64,000 bases of DNA, taken from contig CAYQQJ010000015.1 in the NCBI GenBank assembly GCA_964419935.1, positions 17,478 through 81,477 of the forward strand. The letters run 5' to 3'. Below are positions 57,971 to 64,000 of this stretch, one piece after another. Origin of the DNA: an uncultured Cellvibrionaceae bacterium. Its GTDB lineage: Bacteria > Pseudomonadota > Gammaproteobacteria > Pseudomonadales > Cellvibrionaceae. Both the position numbers and the translations under genes were made by a program. The notes under the pieces were generated by a model. That model searched no databases, was not told where the DNA came from, and was given only the letters and a program-made list of their open reading frames with translations. How positions within the stretch are numbered: position 1 is the first letter of the stretch; the number at the start of each line of letters is the position of its first letter.

Positions 57971-60088
57971 ATGACTGTGACTTCTGATTCCACAACCGCG
58001 ACAAGGACTGCCGAAGATCCAGGCGAACTGCCTGTCACTCACCTCAAAGGTGTCGGCGGTGCGCTGGCCTCGACCCTGGCCAAGCTCGGCATCGCCACCG
58101 TTCAGGATCTGCTGTTTCACCTGCCCATGCGCTATCTGGACCGCACCAAGGTCACGCCCATCGGTCACTTGCAACACAATACCAGCGTGGTCATTGAGGG
58201 CCAGGTTATGCGCAGCGAAGTGGTGTTCGGCCGGCGCCGCAGCCTGGTGTGTACCCTGCAAGATGACACCGGCCTGGTACGGCTGCGCTTTTACCATTTC
58301 AGTGGAGCACAAAAGGAGCGCCTGCAGCCGGGCGTGGCACTGCGCTGCTATGGCGAGCCGCGGGTGGGGGCGTCCGGCCTGGAGCTCTACCACCCGGAGT
58401 ACGAATACCTGGACGAGGCGCGCGCTACAGCGCTGGATGAAAGCCTCACCCCCGTGTACCCGCTGACCGACGGGCTCGGCCAACAACGACTGCGCAAGCT
58501 GGCGCGACAGGCCGTCGACCTGCTGCCCCAGATTCATTTGAAGGAACTGTTGCCTCCCCACGTTAACACCCAGTTTCAAACCACCTCACTCAGCGAAGCC
58601 CTGGCCTATGTGCATTTCCCGCCGCCGGATGCACCCGTCAATTTGCTGCTGGCCGGCAGCCACCCCTGCCAGCAGCGCCTGGCGTTTGAAGAGCTGCTGG
58701 CGCACAACCTGGCGATGCAACGGACGCGTCTCGCGGCACAACAGGAACGCGCACCGGCACTACAACCCAATGGCGATTTGAGTCAGCAATTGCTTCGCAG
58801 CCTGGGTTTTCAACTCACCGGCGCCCAGTTGCGTGTTATTGACGAAATCTATCGGGATATGGCCCGCTCCGTACCTATGCTGCGCATGGTGCAAGGGGAT
58901 GTTGGCAGCGGCAAAACCCTGGTCGCCGCACTGGCCGCACTGGCGGCGGCTGCCGGTGGTTATCAGACTGCGGTGGTAGCACCGACAGAGATTCTGGCGG
59001 AACAGCATCGCGCCAGCTTTGCCCGCTGGATGGAACCCCTGGGGCTGAAAGTGACTTGGCTGGTGGGCAAACAGGGCGCGGCGCAAAAACGCCAGGCACT
59101 GGCGGACTTGGCCGACGGCAGCACTGACATAGTCGTCGGCACCCACGCACTGTTTCAGGACCAGGTGATATTTGCTCGCCTGGGCTTGGCCATTATCGAC
59201 GAACAACACCGCTTCGGTGTGCATCAGCGCCTGACCTTGCGGCAAAAAGGTGAGAACGCCGGCATCAAGCCCCACCAGCTGGTGATGACCGCCACCCCCA
59301 TACCGCGAACACTGGCGATGACCGCCTATGCTGACCTCGATTGCTCGGTCATTGACGAGCTGCCCCCAGGGCGCCAAGCCATCAATACAGTACTCATCAG
59401 TCAGGACCGCCGTACCGACGTCATGCAACGGGTGCGGGCGGCCTGCCAGCAAGGCCAGCAGGCTTATTGGGTGTGTACGCTGGTGGAGGATTCCGAGACG
59501 CTGGCGGCCAGCGCCGCCGAGCAGACAGCAGTGGAGCTGGCGGAGAACCTGCCGGATCTGCGTATTGGGCTGGTCCACGGCCGCCTCAAAAGCAAGGACA
59601 AGGACAGTGTGATGGCCGCCTTCAAAGCCGGCGAGCTGGACTTGCTGGTGGCCACCACGGTGATTGAAGTGGGTGTGGATGTGCCCAATGCCACTCTGAT
59701 GATCATCGAGAACCCGGAGCGGCTCGGCCTGGCCCAACTGCACCAGGTTCGCGGTCGCGTCGGTCGCGGCAGCGCCGCCAGCCATTGTGTGCTGCTGTAT
59801 GGCAACCCGCTCTCAGCGCAGGCGCGAGACCGCCTGCGGGTGCTGCGCGAGTCCAATGACGGTTTTGTGATTGCCGAAAAGGACTTGCACCTGCGCGGCC
59901 CCGGCGAGCTTCTGGGCACGCGGCAAACTGGCGATATGCAGTACCGGGTGGCGGATCTGGAACGTGACAGTCACATGCTGCCGTTGGTGCAAAAAGTCTC
60001 TGGCGAACTTTTGTTCAATAACGAGACTCAAGTCACGCAACTACTCGCACGCTGGTTTGGCGCCAACCAGGCGTATGCAAAAGTATGA
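57971..60088 (+). CDS. recG: ATP-dependent DNA helicase RecG
   Basis: Wedge domain, Walker A GDVGSGKT and DEQH box (IIDEQHRFG). ATG at 57971 preferred over the ORF-track start that overlaps oxyR. Confidence 0.95.
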   Translation: MTVTSDSTTATRTAEDPGELPVTHLKGVGGALASTLAKLGIATVQDLLFHLPMRYLDRTKVTPIGHLQHNTSVVIEGQVMRSEVVFGRRRSLVCTLQDDTGLVRLRFYHFSGAQKERLQPGVALRCYGEPRVGASGLELYHPEYEYLDEARATALDESLTPVYPLTDGLGQQRLRKLARQAVDLLPQIHLKELLPPHVNTQFQTTSLSEALAYVHFPPPDAPVNLLLAGSHPCQQRLAFEELLAHNLAMQRTRLAAQQERAPALQPNGDLSQQLLRSLGFQLTGAQLRVIDEIYRDMARSVPMLRMVQGDVGSGKTLVAALAALAAAAGGYQTAVVAPTEILAEQHRASFARWMEPLGLKVTWLVGKQGAAQKRQALADLADGSTDIVVGTHALFQDQVIFARLGLAIIDEQHRFGVHQRLTLRQKGENAGIKPHQLVMTATPIPRTLAMTAYADLDCSVIDELPPGRQAINTVLISQDRRTDVMQRVRAACQQGQQAYWVCTLVEDSETLAASAAEQTAVELAENLPDLRIGLVHGRLKSKDKDSVMAAFKAGELDLLVATTVIEVGVDVPNATLMIIENPERLGLAQLHQVRGRVGRGSAASHCVLLYGNPLSAQARDRLRVLRESNDGFVIAEKDLHLRGPGELLGTRQTGDMQYRVADLERDSHMLPLVQKVSGELLFNNETQVTQLLARWFGANQAYAKV

Positions 60089-60198
60089 GCTAGTATCATG
60101 TAATATAACCAACAAGGCGGTGTGGCTGTGTTTTTCTGACCAAACCGTTATGCTAGGGCCTGTTCGACACCATTGTGCAATCAGTAGGAGGAAGGCTT

Positions 60199-61590
60199 GT
60201 GACCGTACCCGCCAGCGTTCTCGAAATGCTAGAAAATAATAATGTCCGCTACAGCATTGCACCCAACAGCAGTAACGTTGTGCGCGCCCGAGGCATGGAT
60301 TTGGGTGCAACACCGGGTATTTGTGCCGTTCGCTCGCTGCTGCTGGAAGATCAGCAGGGCCGCGTCCAGATACTATTACCGGCTAATTGCCTGCTGGATC
60401 TGGATGCCTTGCACCGACAATTCGGCCGCAATTTTGAAGGGGTGTCCGTGGCGAATCTGCAGCCGCTATTCAGACTGCACCAACTGAGCAACGTGCCCGC
60501 GTTTCCCGGCTGGAATAACCTGCCGACGCTGGTGGACGAAAGCCTGCTCACACCGGAGACCCTATGGCTGGATTCCGGCAGCAATGATCATTATCTGGAA
60601 TTGGCTCAAAGCGATTTTCTCACATTGACCAAGTCCACCGAGATCGGCGCCTTTGCGGTGCCCATGCCACTGTTGCCGGAATCTTCAGCACAGGACCGCG
60701 AACACATTACCACCGCCTTGCGCAATTTTACTCAGCTGCGTATTCACCAACGGTTGGAAGAAACCCTGGAGATGCCGCCCCTGCCGGAAACGGCCCAGCG
60801 CATTATCCGCCTGCGCGCCGACCCCAATGGGGATATCAACGACCTGGCGAATATCGTTGAGATCGACCCCAGCCTCGCCTCGCAAGTGGTCAGCTGGGCG
60901 GCCTCACCTTATTATTCGGCGCCGGGTACCATCAAGTCCGTACACGACGCCATCGTGCGCGTTCTGGGCTTCGATATGGTGCTCAACCTAGCGCTGGGCT
61001 TGTCCCTCGGCAAGGCCTTGAAGCTCGCCCATATCAACAAGCAGTTACTGCACAATTATTGGCAGGATGCGGTTTACACTGCCGCTGCCGTAGAAGGGTT
61101 GGTCACCAGCATTTCCAGGGAGCACCGCCCCAGTTTCGGTATGGCGTATCTCGCGGGGCTGCTCAACAACTTCGGCTATCTGATAATGGCGGAGGTGTTT
61201 CCGCCCTATTTCGCGCAAATCAATCGCTACATCAGCGCCAACTCCCATGTGCCGGCCAGCGCCGTTGAGCAGCATTTGCTCGGCTGCACCGGAACCCAAA
61301 TGGCCGCGTGGCTGATGGAGGTATGGCATATGCCGGAGCCGGTAGCGGTCGCCTTGCGCCAGCAGGACAATATTCAGTACAGTGGGGAACACGCCGCCTA
61401 TGCAAAGCTACTGTTCGTGGCGCGCCAGATGCTGACCAACAAGGGCTTTGGCAACCGCGACCCGGGCCTGATTCCAGACCGGTTGTTCGAATTCCTTCAT
61501 CTGGATCGTGAAACCGCGGAAATCACCGTCGACAATATCCTGGAATCCAGCGGCGACCTGGACGCCATCGCTGAGCAGATGCGCGGCTGA
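60199..61590 (+). CDS. sadB: YbaK-like domain / HDOD domain fusion protein (SadB-like)
   Basis: The N-terminal ~150 aa resembles YbaK/aminoacyl-tRNA-deacylase folds. The C-terminal half is HDOD (MPPLPETAQRIIRLRADPNGDINDLANIVEIDPSLASQVVSWAASPYY). GTG at 60199 lies 6 nt after AGGAGGA. Downstream of recG, as sadB is in P. aeruginosa by my recollection. Confidence 0.65.
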   Translation: MTVPASVLEMLENNNVRYSIAPNSSNVVRARGMDLGATPGICAVRSLLLEDQQGRVQILLPANCLLDLDALHRQFGRNFEGVSVANLQPLFRLHQLSNVPAFPGWNNLPTLVDESLLTPETLWLDSGSNDHYLELAQSDFLTLTKSTEIGAFAVPMPLLPESSAQDREHITTALRNFTQLRIHQRLEETLEMPPLPETAQRIIRLRADPNGDINDLANIVEIDPSLASQVVSWAASPYYSAPGTIKSVHDAIVRVLGFDMVLNLALGLSLGKALKLAHINKQLLHNYWQDAVYTAAAVEGLVTSISREHRPSFGMAYLAGLLNNFGYLIMAEVFPPYFAQINRYISANSHVPASAVEQHLLGCTGTQMAAWLMEVWHMPEPVAVALRQQDNIQYSGEHAAYAKLLFVARQMLTNKGFGNRDPGLIPDRLFEFLHLDRETAEITVDNILESSGDLDAIAEQMRG

Positions 61591-61679
61591 ATTCGCCACA
61601 GAAAATAGCTTTATTCAAACATTCTCTTGAACCAACGGCGTTAAAACACAAAACAGGGAAATCACCACAAGGATGTTTT

Positions 61680-62114
61680 ATGCAATTAACTGGCATAGTT
61701 TTCGCTATCTTCCTCTCCACACTGACCTGCAATGCGACCGCTGAAATTTATAAATGGGTCGACGCTCAGGGCACAACTCACTACAGCGACAGATCCACAG
61801 AGGCACCGGACGATCATCAACGAGTTGATGATGACATGCCCGAGGTACATCTTCTGCAACCGCCGGACCCGCGCGTCACCGATATTCAAAAAGCGAACGC
61901 GAGGTTGCGCGAGCAGCGACGTAAAAGACAGCAGGCAGCGCTGCGCCAGCGTCGAGCCGCGGCGTCCCGCTCACAATCGCGTTGCGACTCCTACGAACGT
62001 CGCCTGCGTTCAATCCACGCGGCGTTGCGCAAGGGGTATCGCGAGCCCCGCGGCAATAAGCTGCGGGAACAACGCCGCGAGATTCAGAGACGTGTAGCGG
62101 CAGAATGCCGCTAG
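61680..62114 (+). CDS. DUF4124 domain protein with Arg-rich C-terminus
   Basis: Signal peptide, IYKWVDAQGTTHYSD (DUF4124 signature) and an R/Q-rich helical tail. Confidence 0.7.
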   Translation: MQLTGIVFAIFLSTLTCNATAEIYKWVDAQGTTHYSDRSTEAPDDHQRVDDDMPEVHLLQPPDPRVTDIQKANARLREQRRKRQQAALRQRRAAASRSQSRCDSYERRLRSIHAALRKGYREPRGNKLREQRREIQRRVAAECR

Positions 62115-62222
62115 AAGTCTGTTGGACTTACGCCATCGTAGCGAGCAAGGTGGGAAATCGAGGACAATTTCCTAGAAGTGCCACTCGTCGCAGCGGGTTT
62201 TCAATCATCAATGTGAGGCTCC

Positions 62223-63527
62223 ATGAGACACACAAAGGCGCATTTATCACGGCACGCTCAGACCCTCTTGCTCGGCGCGCTGACCGCCAGCCTGCTTGTC
62301 ATATTTACGCCGCAAACCCACGCTGTCAGCTTTGGCATCTACGACCCCCGTGCACTGGCCATGAGCGGAACTACCGTGGCGCTTGCCAACCCGCAGCATG
62401 CGCAGTTTTACAACCCGGCGTTGCTGGCATTTCACAATCAGCGGGAAGAAGAATCCCGATCCGGGCGCCTCTACTTACCCATTCTCACCGCCCAGGCATC
62501 GGATGCTCTGGTGGAGGTCGCGCGGCTCGAACCCAACACTCTCGAGCAGCGAATCAGCGATGCCATTGCCGCCTACAACCAAACGCCCAGCACCACCACT
62601 GCGCTTCGGGTGCGAGACGAAGCAGGCGACCTGCGCAGCGTCATCGATGCTGTCGATAATGAAAACTTGCCCATAGAAGCCTTCGCAGGACTGGCCATTG
62701 TGGAGCCGGGGTTTCGCGGCGGCGGCGCGTTCCACATAGGCGTCCGGTTGATCGGTGGCGGCACCACCGACATCAGTGCCAGTGACCGCGAATTGCTGGA
62801 CAAGTACATAGAAACTCTGGATGCCTATATCGCGGGAGAGGTGAACCCTCCCCACCCGGAACTTTATAACGATGATGGGGAGCTTCAAAACTTCACCGCT
62901 GATTTCGATTCCACCCTATCGGGACGCGGTGCGCTGATTGTCGAATGGGGTGTTACCGCCGCCAAGGAATTCGAGTTGTTTGGCCAGCCGGTGGCATTCG
63001 GCATTACACCGAAGCTCATGGAAGTTCGGGCTTACCAGGAGACCGGTCGCGTCGTGCAGGGGGATTTCGGCAACCTCGACGATGAAGACTCTCACCTGTC
63101 CGGCAACGTGGATATTGGCCTGGCGATGGAATTCCACTCCGGCATGCGGGTGGGCGTGGCGGTCAAGGATGTGGTGGCGCAAAACTATGCCCAAGGCGAA
63201 GAAGATGAAGTGCGCATCCGCCCGCGCGCACGTGCCGGGCTCGCATTCGTCCGGCCCGGTTATGCCCTGGGTGTGGATCTGGATCTGCTGGAAAACGACC
63301 CCATCGGATTCGAACAACCCTCACAGGAGCTGGCCTTCGGCGCCGAACTCAGCCCCGCACCTTTCGCGCACCTGCGCATCGGTTACAAATACGATCTTGC
63401 CGCGTCCCATGAGGATGCCGCCTCCGTCGGAATGGGGCTGGAATTCAACCGGCTGCTGGTGGACATTGCCTACAGCCATGGCGAAAACACCCGCGGATTT
63501 TCCACTCAGCTAGGCCTGGCTTTTTAG
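62223..63527 (+). CDS. outer-membrane beta-barrel protein (TraF_2 / FadL-like family)
   Basis: Signal peptide ending HA-VS, alternating beta-strand pattern and a C-terminal aromatic residue (GFSTQLGLAF). The N-terminal motif YDPRALAMSGTTVALAN...FYNPALLA resembles my recollection of the TraF_2 family. Confidence 0.55.
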   Translation: MRHTKAHLSRHAQTLLLGALTASLLVIFTPQTHAVSFGIYDPRALAMSGTTVALANPQHAQFYNPALLAFHNQREEESRSGRLYLPILTAQASDALVEVARLEPNTLEQRISDAIAAYNQTPSTTTALRVRDEAGDLRSVIDAVDNENLPIEAFAGLAIVEPGFRGGGAFHIGVRLIGGGTTDISASDRELLDKYIETLDAYIAGEVNPPHPELYNDDGELQNFTADFDSTLSGRGALIVEWGVTAAKEFELFGQPVAFGITPKLMEVRAYQETGRVVQGDFGNLDDEDSHLSGNVDIGLAMEFHSGMRVGVAVKDVVAQNYAQGEEDEVRIRPRARAGLAFVRPGYALGVDLDLLENDPIGFEQPSQELAFGAELSPAPFAHLRIGYKYDLAASHEDAASVGMGLEFNRLLVDIAYSHGENTRGFSTQLGLAF

Positions 63528-63586
63528 TCCGGCCACGCGCAGAAACCGGCGCCGCCGGTTGAGCCTATGTTGGAGCAGAAACACCT

Positions 63587-64000
63587 ATGTCTTTGGACCA
63601 AAAAAGCAGCCACAGCCCGACGACACAACCCCGGTACCACGACCCGCTGGCTCAACCTAATGCCGTGCAGAATGCGAGTTCCACCGGTGAACCGGCCTGG
63701 TCTTCCTGGCTCGCCAACCATTCCGCGCGCGCGGTGCTCAAGGCGCTGCTGATACTCGCGGTGTTCTACACGCTTTACCTGGCGAAGACGTTGATTTTGC
63801 CAATCGTCATCGCCGGCTTTCTTGCCCTGTTTTGCAATCCGTTGGTGGTGGCACTGCAACGGCGCTGGTTGCCGCACGTTGTTGCCGTGGTAACCGTGAT
63901 GATCATGGTATGTACGCTGTTGGTTGGTACCCTGACACTGTTGGCACAGCCTGCGGAGAAGTGGATCGCTGCAGTGCCCTACGCCACAGAAGACATCACC
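63587..64000 (+). CDS. AI-2E (PerM/UPF0118) family transporter, N-terminal fragment (continues past right edge)
   Basis: Own translation from the ATG at 63587: MSLDQKSSHS...AVLKALLILAVFYTLYLAKTLILPIVIAGFLALFCNPLVVALQRRWLPHVVAVVTVMIMV... It is open to the window end and shows a typical AI-2E N-terminal TM pattern. The ORF-track ORF 63567-63752 is in another frame and looks spurious. Confidence 0.6.
   Translation, partial: MSLDQKSSHSPTTQPRYHDPLAQPNAVQNASSTGEPAWSSWLANHSARAVLKALLILAVFYTLYLAKTLILPIVIAGFLALFCNPLVVALQRRWLPHVVAVVTVMIMVCTLLVGTLTLLAQPAEKWIAAVPYATEDIT

Noticed and set aside
63567-63752. 61-aa ORF-track ORF at the right edge.
   Set aside because: A different frame starting at 63587 gives a long open, TM-rich AI-2E-like protein. 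The listed ORF is Arg/Pro-rich and terminates early.

Overview
Core-chromosome window from a GC-rich gammaproteobacterium. Gene order closely follows Pseudomonas and E. coli housekeeping neighbourhoods, and I saw no rRNA, tRNA, CRISPR array, prophage or recognisable defence island. Left to right: (1) an edge-truncated TPR-like gene, an unknown periplasmic protein and apbE. (2) A complete 12-gene type II secretion operon, gspCDEFGHIJKLMN, on the minus strand. (3) gshA, a FliL-like gene, and dsbB, rsd/algQ, a WD40 lipoprotein, an FKBP isomerase, an AlgP-like protein and a TIGR02444 protein. (4) trmB, DUF423, rpoH, ftsXEY and rsmD, coaD, mutM, rpmG, rpmB, radC. (5) A ~6 kb N-acetylglucosamine islet (nagR, nagA, nagB, nagX, nagK) inserted between radC and coaBC. 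(6) coaBC, a long algC, argB, slmA, DUF4124, pyrE, a crc-like gene, rph, yicC. (7) A glutaredoxin-like protein, an S9 peptidase, a RecQ-family helicase, gmk, rpoZ, spoT, ridA. (8) An SDR, oxyR, recG, a sadB-like gene, DUF4124, a beta-barrel outer-membrane protein and a partial AI-2E transporter. The most unusual signals are non-coding. Three copies of a nested-palindrome composite repeat combine two different 7-bp tandem arrays, (GCNNNAA)n and (GGGAAAA)n, with GTAG-headed REP-like hairpins. They sit at gene 3' ends (30291-30540, 45011-45256, 55661-56057). A 272-bp MITE-like, highly structured element with 35-bp terminal inverted repeats lies in the gspC/gshA divergent region. Coding oddities include an AlgC with a ~375-aa membrane-anchored N-terminal extension where dut normally sits, a Crc-type rather than ExoIII-type EEP protein, and a YbaK-HDOD (SadB-like) fusion. 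All calls rest on reading the sequence and ORF translations; no database search was run.
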